From the NCBI RefSeq assembly GCF_009834535.1, contig NC_045697.1, positions 108,502,001 to 108,566,000 on the forward strand: a DNA stretch of 64,000 bases, written 5' to 3'. The stretch comes from Camelus ferus (lineage: Eukaryota). This document shows, one piece after another, positions 12,343 through 24,370 of this stretch. Position numbers and translations under genes: made by a program. Under the pieces are notes generated by a model that was not told the DNA's origin, made no database searches, and saw nothing but the letters and a program-made list of their open reading frames with translations. Every line of letters begins with the position of its first letter. The stretch's first letter is position 1.

Positions 12343-15300
12343 CTACAGAAAATACAAGAGTAGAAGCAAACATAGATATTTATTAAGAATAATGGGCTCT
12401 AATACAATAAGAATGGGATGATATAGCATATCTCAAACATCAATCAAATTATTATTTTCATTTGCTTATTCCCAGAGAGCAAGGACACACAAAACCTAAT
12501 CTGCTATTCTTAGAGCAACTTTCCTCCCTCCTACATAACCACCTGTTTTTATCCGAGCAAAGCTAACTGCAACCAAATGACAAAATCTCTATGGCAAACT
12601 GAAAGTTGTTGATAACATACAAATGATGTTAAAACATTTCCTTAGAAGATTTAGATTTTACTTCTCTTATGACTGGTCTCCAGTGACACAATTAAACAAA
12701 AGTTTTAATTTTTTCTACGAAAAGGAGTGTGAGATTATTAATGTTTTAAAAAAATTAATATGTAGAAGTAGTATGGTCAAATGTTTTAGACATTTCACCA
12801 GTCTTATCAGTCATTAAGTTGCCTCAGATGCTTCTAAATAATTTGTAGTATTTGTGTATTTCTTTCCAATTTTCTATTGTTATTTTAAAGCTAGTATAGA
12901 TAATACTTGATAATATTTGACAGGAAAAAGCTTTGATTAGAAATGTATTTACTCAAACAGGTAAGTAGTGAGAACTTATTATATTATATGCAAAATTAAA
13001 TGAGATCATCAAATACTTTTATCCAATAATTTAAACTTTGAGACAGTTAAAAAAAAAAACCATAAACCTGAAATTCAATTAATTTTGCCACTAGTAAGAG
13101 ATGATCTATCTTTAAAATTGTCCAACTCTCCTAAAAATGACTAATAGCAGAAAAAGTAGTTAGAACTATGTTATTAATATATTAAACGTTCTACTTTCTA
13201 ATCTCAATGCCTAATTTAATTATTTAAACTCAAGGTAAATAATGAACATCTCTATTTTAGTTACGTGGGGGAAAAGGAGCAGGAAGATTCAGTTAACAAA
13301 ATCACATTTGTAAAATAATTTTCAGTTTATTGAGCTATGATAATAAAGTGCTTTAAATCCAGAGAACATATAAACTGTATCCTAACAGTTGACTATCAAG
13401 CTCTGAAAAATTACTAATGAAACAACTCCAATTCTTTTCTATCCAGCGTTTCTCATTATTTTGCTAGAAAATGCATCTCAGTCACCAAATTTTACAGAAA
13501 AATCTTCCTATCTACCACCTTTAAATCTTTCAACATTATACATCTAAGATGGTCTGTAACATTCAACAATTAAATCTATTTTTTCTTCTATCAAATTTCA
13601 AAAGTAAGCTCTATTTTCTTCTCTAAAATGAAATGTGATTATAACTTACATTTTCTAATAAAAATGATGAAAAAGTCATGGTTTCATCTTATTATTAGAA
13701 AATCTTTCAACAAAACTGAAAAATATCAAATATATACTGACAAAGTGTCTAAAAAGACATGGAAATCAATATGCTGTTTGGTTTGCTTTAAGAAAATTGT
13801 ATTTTAAAAAGCTAAAAATAAAAGTTTCACTTTTGCAGGTGCTTTCTCAATATAAAAAGTGAGCAACTAAAGACAAATTTTACTAAAATGTGTTCTGCTT
13901 TAAAAATTCATTTTTCATTAATAAACTACCTTAAGAACAACTGAACCATTTAAGACTTTTGCCCGGGTACTAGCTGCATCAATAGAAGACCAAATTTATA
14001 TGACTGACTGAAATCTATACAGTAAAAAAAATTTCATTTTAAACATTAAACTCAACTTTCTCATCCAAGAAATAGTTTATCAAGACTAGAAGAAAAAAGC
14101 AAAAATGAAGTGAGTAGTTTCACTTGTCTTTCTCTCATTCTACACCCTCTGGTGGCAGTGCCAAAACACAGTGACATTGTTAAAAAGCAAAGGGTAAGTA
14201 AGAGGGAGGGGGGCAGTTAACATGGGTAAATCACACAAAAAACATTTCCTGCATAACCGACATAGCTTTATTTTTCTCTTCTGTATCATTTCTGAACTTT
14301 TTGTATATAAAACTATTCTAATTATTATGATTTCTGAAGGTCACAAAAGAGCATCTGAAAGAAATATTTTCCACAACTGAATGAACTAAAAATACATACA
14401 CTGTTTCCCTGGAAAAAAGAGATGCAATCCGTAGCAATGTTCAATCGCAAAAACGTATGTCTGAGCAACGTTAATTTTACTGCATCTTACAGAATAAAAA
14501 TAACTCTACAGCAAAATATTCAGGGGAAAAAGAGAAATATCACCATGATGAAGTTCTTATGGCTTCTATATCTAACTTTCAATCGGTCATCTGAAGAAGT
14601 GACAATTATGTAAAAAGACCCCCCCCAAAAGCCCTTAAGATGCTTTTGTCATTTAAATTTTAAAATACCACATTCCAAATGACATACAAAGCCATTTTTA
14701 ATTGGCTGGGTAACAGATATTGTGCTTAAGTTAGCCTAATTAGCGTGAGAGTGGGAAAAGTTTTATACTGATGCAAAATCCAAAAATGATGGAATGGTGC
14801 AGGAAACAAGACTACAATTGTAGTTAGTTGTTATGGAAACTATTCTACTGGTGTAGAAATGTATGTGCTAAAAACATAAGACTTACCAAGCAAATAAAAG
14901 GGGGTTTCTAACACAGCAATTTCATGAAATAAGATTTAGTTAGTAATCGTGGGGTCTATTTCACTGTTAATAAATGTGTCTTCAGTTTTGCAAATATAAC
15001 TCTCCATCCTAGAATAGCTGTTGCTATAGTAACAAGATACATTTGCTCATATGCATATTTTAGGATTTACTTTTTAGAATTCCTTAAAAATTGGGATTTA
15101 AAAATTTTGCTGATAGGAGGACTTCTGCCTATGTCTTACTTCGATGTATCAGCAACAAAATATAAAGCCATGGTGGTAGTCATTCTTCTCTATTTAGGTT
15201 GATAATGTTTCCCAATTTTCAGTGATCGCAAAATGTGTTAAGCAGTCAACAGTACTAGTGACATTATAACTCTATGAGAATAAACTGAAAGAAAGGCTTT

Positions 15301-15367
15301 TAGAATCATCAACTCTTTTAAGAGACATGAGAATCATGAGAGAATCAATCATTATACTTAGTATTAC

Positions 15368-15450
15368 CTTGTATATTCTGAGACTTTGCATGGTTTCTTT
15401 CCCAAAGAAAAAGAGCGGACCTCAGAACCATGGTCCAACTTTCTTTTCAT
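15368..15450 (-). CDS. FBXW7: FBXW7 first shared exon (83 nt; MKRKLDHGSEVRSFSLGKKPCKVSEYT-S)
   Basis: Acceptor ttttaccttatAG|ATG, donor AAG|GTAATA, phase 0 in and phase 2 out. Translated by hand (not in the ORF track). Carries the basic KRK motif. Confidence 0.97.
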
Positions 15451-17836
15451 CTATAAGGTAAAACAAATGAGATATATTTAAAAAGAATCACCTGTCCAAC
15501 TATCAAATTTTAGCATTAGCATCAGTAATACTGAAAAAATTCTTAAATTTTTATATGCCTCTAATGTTAATTAGGCATAGTTAATTCATATAGAAAATAA
15601 ATGTTTCATAGTTTCTTCTATTAGTTTTACTTTGTTTTACTCTTTATAAGACTATAAAGGTGAATCCACCCCCAGTCCCAACATTTGGTCCAGAAGAACA
15701 GCGTATAGGTGATTTAAAAGTTGACAGACATCATATACATTCTTTGAGAGTAATGTACCTTCCCCATTTTCTTTCTAGTTTACGAACCAACATAGGGAAA
15801 CATGTCATGTTAACCTACGCAGAAGAGAACCATATTTAACGTGCCTTAGTGATTTTCATTTTCCTTTAAAAACATATTTTAAGAAGGATAAAAGAAACAA
15901 CAAATTAAAAATTTCAAAATCAGAATGGAAGCAACTTAAAACACATTATTATATAAGGGTAAAAAGAACAATGTAAACAAAATGCTCTTGAGAAGTAATT
16001 ATGATAAGGCATAAAGCAATGAATATGGGCAATGAGGAAAGTTAAAAAAAAGTAAATCCATAATAAGAGGGAAATGTGGAGATGATACAATAAAGGTAGA
16101 AAAAAAGTCATCAACTGATTTTAGACAGAATATAGTTCTACTGACAGATACTAACTTAAGACAAAATATTCTAACTTGAAAAGCAACAACAAAAAAAGAT
16201 AGAAAAAGAATGAGTTATGCATCTTTGTAAGGTATACCTAATATCTGTAGTTTTAAAGTATTTCATTATGCTGCATAGATATGTAATATATAAATATATT
16301 CAGAATTGTATTTTGTCATCTTCAATATTAAAATATTTATTCTTTATATTTCACTATTGGTTAATAGAGGTCATCCAACTACATGTATGTTACAAAACTA
16401 TAAAATCAGATCTGGTAAGATTCAACTTTTTCTATCTCAGCATCCCCTCTCAGGTTTGTATCTGCTAGTTAATTACTGTATCACTGAAAATGACAGCAGT
16501 GGTGGGGCGGAGGGGAGGGAATCCCAGGGTGATAGACAGTTCTCCTCATTTTTATAAAAAGGTGAAAACCCTAGCTTTGCAGCAGCCTTATTTTCTTACC
16601 TACTGCCTCACATGGAACATCATAACTAGCATGCTACACTGTAAATACTAAAGAGAACCAACCCGACTCTAAAAATCTTTTTGAACCACATTCTGGATAA
16701 TAAAGACTGTGCTTTTATCATCATGAAGAAAGTCTTCTAAAACACAGGGATTATCTTCCAACGTTAGAGGCAAGAGGTGAGGGTAGGACAAGCTCCTCCA
16801 CAATTAATACCTTGGCTCATGAAGTACCTACTGAAAGAGATGGAACTAGTCTTATTTCAACCCTTCAGAAGTTTCTGTACTCATTACATTATTTTAAAGT
16901 GATTCCTCTCAAAATCCCTTATTTTCTTTCTCCAAATAATTTTATTAAAAAGCAAAAATAAATACTTTAATACATAGGTAACCACGTGCTTGAATGTGTA
17001 TAAATTATAGGCACACATGTACATCCACAGAAAGGTATCCATCAGGAAGGTCGGTCAGTATACATTACCCTAAAAATCTATTTTTTATAACTTCCACAGA
17101 TTCTCATTTTCAAAACTATTATAAGAAACTTTGATATTCATTGCAATTAAGTTTGTAATACCGGCTTTCAGAACTTCTCTGGATAGCTTGTAAATACATT
17201 GGTGCAAATGCCATTTGCCACTAAAAGCAAACTTTATTTCCATCTTAGAAATCCTTCAGCATATAAAAATGCCCAAAATACATATCAAGGGAACCACCGA
17301 GAAAGGATTTTTATCTTTAGAATATTTTATAAAATAAAGCACTTTCTGTATGACTATGTAAATCTTTTAAATATTACATTGTTTACTGCAAATACTGACT
17401 TTAGAAACAAAAATTAATTCTGGCAATTTTTAAGGGGTGCAGAAAGTAAATATAATCTCTTTAAATATAAATCCCCAATATTCTAGTGACTGTACGCTTT
17501 AAAAGAGTCTACGAAAGAAAAAAAGAAAAACATATATATAAGGTACAGAAAAATAAAAGGCAAAGGTTCACTAAAAGCTAACTAAGGGTAGAGTATTTCC
17601 AGGTCAGCATTTAACGGAGCCACGTTTCTGAAGTCTGAATATATTTTTAGAGAAAAATTCTCAGATTAAAATGTACATTTTATTTTCAATGTAAAGCTTC
17701 TTACAGCTCACGTTGTCTTTTCCATTATTTCCTCACATTCACGATCTAAAACAGAATACCAGACATCCAGCCACCCACCAAAATTAGAGGATACTGCAGC
17801 CATCTCTGATGATACAGATTTTCCTTCTCAGGCAGG

Positions 17837-17840
<4 letters not shown>

Positions 17841-17882
<42 letters not shown>
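17841..17882. repeat. (CA)21 microsatellite
   Basis: Perfect dinucleotide run starting about 35 nt into the intron after the beta donor. Confidence 0.97.
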
Positions 17883-17885
<3 letters not shown>

Positions 17886-17916
17886 ATACAATACAGGAAG
17901 AAAACAGATTACTTAC

Positions 17917-18177
17917 TTTGTAAAAAATCATTTTTAGTGTGCCGTAGAAACCCATATTTTCTGGATTTTTCCCCTTCAGTGATTCTGTGCCCCCGTGTGT
18001 CCGGCTGCTTGGCAGTCTCTGACAATATAAACCTTTTTCAGGTAGGTATGTCACAGATTCTAATGTGGACATGCTCAGGCACGTCAGAAAAGGAAGATTA
18101 GGGAGCAGAACCGGCAACAAAACTCCACAGCAAAGGCAAATGCAGCTCAGTATCAAGCCGCTTCTCGGGACGCACAT
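17917..18177 (-). CDS. FBXW7: FBXW7 beta-isoform first coding exon (87 aa, hydrophobic N-terminus MCVPRSGLILSCICLCCGVLLPVLLPNLPFL...)
   Basis: 261 nt = 87 codons, ending at donor AAA|GTAAGT (GT at 17916-17915), phase 0. Peptide matches the known ER/cytoplasmic Fbw7-beta N-terminus. Confidence 0.97.
18067..18086. promoter_or_regulatory. p53 response element inside the beta coding exon
   Basis: GGACATGCTC (perfect RRRCWWGYYY) directly followed by AGGCACGTCA (8/10), zero spacer. Fbw7-beta is an established p53 target with a reported site in exon 1b. Confidence 0.75.
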
Positions 18178-18520
18178 ACATGCATGCAGCCTGACTGAGG
18201 AGAACTCGAGGGAATAATGAGAGAGAGCGGAGAAGATTATTGGAGGAGACTGTGCCCTGTCAAAGCCTTGACTGAACAGATTCCTCCCTCAGCAGCAGAG
18301 GGATCAGATTACATCTTCCCTTGAACACAGAATGGTGCAGTCCAGGATTCAGCAATGCAGACTGCACATCAATTATATGGTGATCCGCTCCAGGGAGCCC
18401 TTAAGCACACAAGGCGCTGAACAGAGGGAGGATGTGGGCAGCAAATGAGACCGCCCCCACACGACAGCCCCCTCTCTCCCCTTTCAAACTTTCAGGAGGT
18501 TATTTTTGCATTTTGTAAAA
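18178..18520 (-). promoter_or_regulatory. Probable FBXW7-beta 5'UTR and proximal promoter
   Basis: Repeat-free and locally GC/CpG-richer. TATA-like CATATAAT on the minus strand at about 18372-18379 and GC box (CCGCCCC) at 18451-18457, both upstream of the beta ATG. TSS cannot be determined from sequence. Confidence 0.55.
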
Positions 18521-19731
18521 CCTGCATTTTTGAAGACTTTCATGGCCAGCGTCATTTCCACAAGTAAGTCCTTTCAGAAGCATTTTGAAAATGGAATATA
18601 TTTTCATATGGTCCTCCCAACAGAAGCAAAGCAGTCTATTTCCCCTGTTACCCTACTGCAGTCCTGGCACAGACTGATCAGATTTTTCAAGTAGCTTGGA
18701 TGGTACAAAACGGGCAATTCCAAAGGGAGAAATTCAATATTCTTTGGGGCGATTTACAAGAAAGTAAACCAGTTTGGAGCATACAGCATTTGCAGAAATT
18801 ATGTAATAAGTTATATTTCAACCTGTACATTTCTTATATTAAGATTTAATGTAAATATTCCCTATGCTTTTCCATTCCATTCGTTTAAAATGTAATTTTC
18901 AAGAAAATTACCACACACTTCATCAATCCTTACTAATCAAGAGAATATCTTTTTATGATTAACAAACCAACACTGAGTATAGAAAGTTTGGCTGAAAGGT
19001 TCTATTTCTCCAAAAACTGCTCATTGGAGAGTCTTACAATTATTTGTTAATTTAATCTTAGGTAAACAAGAGGCACTGGACTTCTACTTCCAAAATTATT
19101 TTCACAATGTGTACTGCTTATCATTAAAAAGGTATTTTATATAATAATAAAGGCTCCAAAGTTGGCCTGAAGGCAACCTTTTTCTTAGAATGACTACTAC
19201 ACAAATCTAGGTACTTCACCTTGCAACTTGCTTGCTACAGAACTAGCTTCAGAGGCAATTATAAGATTCTTTGGACTAGAAAGGCCCATTATTAAGGGTC
19301 TAGTTAATTAACTCCCACCCTCCCCATTAACATTCTTTATCACAAGTAAACTATGTGCCTATAGTTATTTAAGTACTAAGAAAGTTTCTTCAGGAAAAAA
19401 AGCAATACTATTTAGACTTATTACATTTTAATATTCTCTGACTTTTGTTAGGGAAATGATCCTAAACACTGTATAAAGCAGTATCATAATTTTAAAAATA
19501 AATGTTTACCTTTTTAATTAAGACATTAAGTCAGCACAATGTCTTTTAACTTAAAACATAAGCAAAATAAGATAATCTAAAATTTTATGAAAAGGTACAT
19601 CTTGGGTCTTCTGGAAATTATATTCTACAGTCTATTATCTTTTTAAAAATTCTCCTACCTGGCTCTTAAATTAATCCTTACCCTCAGAAACAGTATGTAC
19701 AGGTACCAGCAAAAAGTTACTTAGTTTTCTA

Positions 19732-20040
19732 ACTTAAAAGACATATTACTAAATGAAAGAAGCTAGTCTGAAAAGGCTACAAACTGTATGATTTCAACCA
19801 AATGACATTCTGGAAAAGGCACAGCTACAGGAACAATAAAAAGATCATGGTTTCTAAGGGGTTTGGGGAGAGGGAAGGAGGGAGGAATGAAAAGATGGAG
19901 CACAAGGGATTTTTAGGGCAATGAAATTATTCTGTATGATACTATAGTGGTGGCTACATATCATTATGCATTTGTCAAAATCCACAGAATGTACAACATC
20001 AAGAGTGAACCTTAATGTAAACTATGGACTTTGGTTGATT
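19732..20040 (+). mobile_element. L1MC-type 3'UTR fragment
   Basis: tgacattctggaaaaggca...gatttttagggcaatgaaattattctgtatgatac...gtgaaccttaatgtaaactatggactttgg. Confidence 0.85.
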
Positions 20041-23000
20041 AAAAAAAATTAGTTTTCTACATAAACAATTAGCTTACTTCAAAGGAAAGTTCCTTTTAAA
20101 AAGATCTCTTACTCTTAGCAAAAAAAATCCAACTCAGTTGTGGGCTATCTGAAGAAATTAATTGTAAAATGAACACCTGAAATTTCCTGTAAGGCCTGTT
20201 GGAGGACAAAGAGACTGCCCACCTAGCAGTCATAGAACAGTAAACACCTTGACTTCAGCTGAAACCATGTCCTATCTCTGGCTGAACTAACCTTTCCAAA
20301 TTAATTCTACTCAGTTGAGGACACAGGCCAATTTTAATAAACCACGAGCACTGTCTCAAAATCTAGGATGTTTAAAGAAGAAACTATCTTAACTTTGTGT
20401 ATTCAAAGAATGCTCTTCTGGTGACACGGCTCCTATGCATGGCTAGGAAGCCACAGGAAAACATGATTGTCACAAATGTATGTTTATATGTAGGTATGTA
20501 TATTCATATTTTATCTTTGAGTAGGCAAAATATCTACATGGCTCAAAAATCAAAATGATACACAAAAACTAAACACTGAGAAGACTTTCCAACACCCCCA
20601 ACCACCTATCTACCATGGTTCCCACTTGGTAATGATTTTTATTAGTTTGTTTATCCTTTAAGTGAGAATGTATATGTTTATAAGTACTCATGAAGACTTT
20701 ATTTTCCCAAGTATTTAAACAATTCTCCTTAACATCTTGTTTACAATGTTAATTTGAACTGTGAAGAATTTGTCAAGCAAAGCTAGTCAACCAAATCTCT
20801 AACTAGACTTCAAATTAATAGAATAAAAATGAATGATTTGTAATATTCTTTGAAGTACCAGTAATGAAAACTGTGATCTATTAGACTACTTTCATCATAA
20901 TCCTATATATGAACAAAGCAAATGATTTCTCACATTCCTATTTCTGGGAGTCTTGGCTAAAATACAGATGTTTAAAACTTTATACAGAGATTTAAGGTTT
21001 TTAGTAATATTACTGATAAAGACTTTATATGTGAATCTATGTCTGTCTTATCCCTGTGGTAGACAGAAATACTGTAAAATTGAAATCAGTCCAAAATCTG
21101 TTAAATAAATGTAACAAAAACAAAAGTATTTTATGCTTTAGGCTGCAATGTTAACTAGTAAGTTCACTGAAAAGGCTAGAGAGTTAACCATCATAGCTAA
21201 AAAAAAAAAATACTTGTGTTTGTCATCAATTTTTAGAATTAATATCTCAATGTATTTAATATATTTTCACTACAATAAAGTAAATCTTCATGTAATATCA
21301 GCTAAACAATAAATTTCCCATTCTATAAAAAATTATTTCTTCTGCTGACAAGCTATAAGCCTTACTGAAAATCTACGAGCAAGGGCAGGGACTATCATTG
21401 AAGTCCTGGACCATAGACTGTCTGCTAATTCAGACCCAATGCTCATCCCATCACAACTCCACTGAGCTGGGTGTATGAGGAATGCATGAGAGCAGTAGCT
21501 CGAAAAATAAAAAAAACCACACAAAGATATGAAGATGTGCTGCCCCAGAGTGTAAGAGTCTGGGAAATACTGACAGAGGAATGATTAGCCTGTGAGCTAG
21601 TACAGAGAAATGGCTCTTTCTGAGCAACTGGTTGGGATGACTAAGTTTTCAGAAGGGCAAGCTGTGGTTACGGGCAGAAACAAAAACTAACCTACATATA
21701 AATAGTGAGGAAAATACAAACAGTAAAACAGTCTCCACCTGATCATGTTATCTTCAGGGAAGTACCTATCTTTATATATGGTGTCAACAGAGGAAGGAAC
21801 CGTTAACAGAGTACTTTTCCTCACCTTGACTCAGAGTTCAGTATTTCGATTTCAAACATATTCTTCTATTACTGCACTTATCACACCTCCTTGTACTTAT
21901 TTTTGTACATCTTTCTCCCCTACCATTTGAAGGTTCACATCTCACATAGTAGAAAAATGATACATAACAAATAATTAATAGTTTTGAATAACTGGCCACA
22001 TAAGCAAATAGTAGCAAACATAACATCATTTTTCTAAAGCATAAATGTATGTCTAGTACTAAATTATACTTAGTACTAAAAAGCTCAACTATTGTATTAT
22101 AATTAGTTGATACTATAAATTCTATTGTTTCTTTTCATTACTTTGCCAACATTTAAAAATCTACTTCCATTTTATAATAGTAGGAGAATGTGTTTATATC
22201 TGTATGTCAGTGACTTTCTTTATTACTATATGACAACATTCTTTACACTGATATTATACTAGGAAAACCACCTACACAGTTAGCTATCTTGCCCTGAGTA
22301 CAGAATTTAGATTAGAGACAGTTTGGGATTTCAACATCAAAGAAAGGAATGCCGAGCATGTTAAGGTTGAAATAAATTTTCTGAAATCTCACTAACCCAC
22401 CGTCATTAAGTTCTTCTTAAAAGATTCACAACTAAAACTGGCAAGTTAATAAACCGTTCTATCATAGGTATTATCTGTTAAAATAGTATGTATGCCCAGC
22501 ACCTACATTTTCCTTAAAACAAGTAGGTGGCATTATTGATCAATAAGCTATTTTCATATTTATGCACTCATAATGCATTTATTTATACCTACTATGTGTC
22601 AGGATAGTATATAATCAAAAAACCTTTTTTTTCACTGAATTTATGGTCAATTTAAGACAGAAAATAATGTATCTGATTCTTAGAACTTACACTGAAATTA
22701 GTTCAAAATTTTTTTGAGACTATGTATAATGAAACAAGTTGTCAGATTTAGATTGAAATTACCATCCAAGTAAACAAATATTAAAATACTACAGCATTTA
22801 AAAAATACCTAAACATTAAATATTGTCCTATTAACAACTTTTTTTAAAACACACTTGTTGGGAAATGAAAGGGATGCTTATAATAATATACAGAACCCTA
22901 ACCTCAATAAAGCAAAATGCAAATTAAAATATCATAGCTTAGACTGGTTTCAACATTTTAAAAAATAACTATGATTGTAGAGTGGTACTTTTATACATTT

Positions 23001-24029
23001 TTCTTTATCCTTAAGTTCAAAATATTTATAACTTTCTTTACAAAATGCAACCCCTGAGGATTTGACACAAATAACCTGCAATGTTGATTCAAGAGTAAAA
23101 GTTTTTTTCATCTCTTAGATGGGGCCAAATTAGTCACCTGCTAATCATACACACAAATGTATGTGTCTACCAATATACAAACATACGCACCTACAGAGTT
23201 TCACACAATGATGCAAATTAAGAGTTCTATTTACCACAGCCACAGAGAAAACAATGAAGACGGGTTGTTTGCAATTCTGAAATTTGTAGTTACGGAGCTG
23301 TCAGAGACTTAACACACATACCAAAACATTACTTACGATACTTCTTTACAGACAGGCAACATCTGCAGTAATTTGACAAAGTTGGTAAGTTACTCTGGAG
23401 TTTATCCTGATTTATCTAGAAAGCAGTTAATCTTTATATCTCATGCTTCAAATCCAAAATAAACTACCAGTAAGCATTTTGAATTCACATCTAAGAGTTT
23501 ACTCTCAAATTTTTATTACAAATTTTTGGGTAGTAATCCCTTCAGTAAAGTAAGAAAAATATCATGGAAAACTATTTTTAAAAAGTTAATTTCAAGAAAA
23601 ATAAAACAGCAAATATGAGCCAGGAAGGACTTAAATTGACATGGAGAAAGAATGAAATCAGTTTCTCTCCGTGTATGGTTTAGAACCATATTCACTCTTC
23701 TTTCTCTATCGAATTTGATATTTACTGCTGTTGTTTGTGATGTTCAAATATATTCACATGACTTGAGAAAAATTTTCTACAGACATGGCATACCAATCTT
23801 GTATCTTAATATTAAAATAACCTTTCATTTTAAGAACTGTTTAAAATTCTGAAATTAATTTCTTATTTTAGCTATTAGTCATGACCAAAAAGCTTAGAGA
23901 AAAGAGCTACAGGCTAGGAAGTAAAAAGGTTACACCCACTGAATCAATAAAAAAACACTAATAGCAGTTAAGTCATAGAGTTTAGAAATAGAAGGGATCC
24001 TGGAAATCATCTAATCTAATTCCCCATTG

Positions 24030-24370
24030 TTTGTGGAATGAACATAAGTTTTGGAATTGGAGAAATCTGAGTTTAAACACCGGCTATGCCATTATTAGCG
24101 TGTAACCTTCATAGGGGTTATTTGCCCTTCATGAGTTCCAGTTTCTCTTTTTTTGTGAAAATGTAATGGTAATACCATTTACCTTACGAAAGAACCTAAG
24201 CCACAGAGTCATTGTGAGGACACAGAGATGCCCAGCATATAACAGATATCCTATAAACACCCTATAAAACAGTAACTGTTATTAACAGGTAAGAAAGGCA
24301 AAGAAGAGAATTAAGTGTCTTGCTCAGGGTTATATAGTTATTTGAGAACATTAGACTCCGGTCCCAGGTT
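24030..24370. mobile_element. MIR fragments (both orientations)
   Basis: tctgagtttaaacaccggctatgccattattagcgtgtaacc... on + strand, and ttaagtgtcttgctcagggttatatag on - strand. Confidence 0.5.

Noticed and set aside
14100..14177. Minus-strand ATG ORF MSLCFGTATRGCRMRERQ with a possible donor CAA|GTGAAA as an extra first exon
   Set aside because: The donor is weak and phase 0, whereas the next exon needs phase 2, so it would be out of frame.
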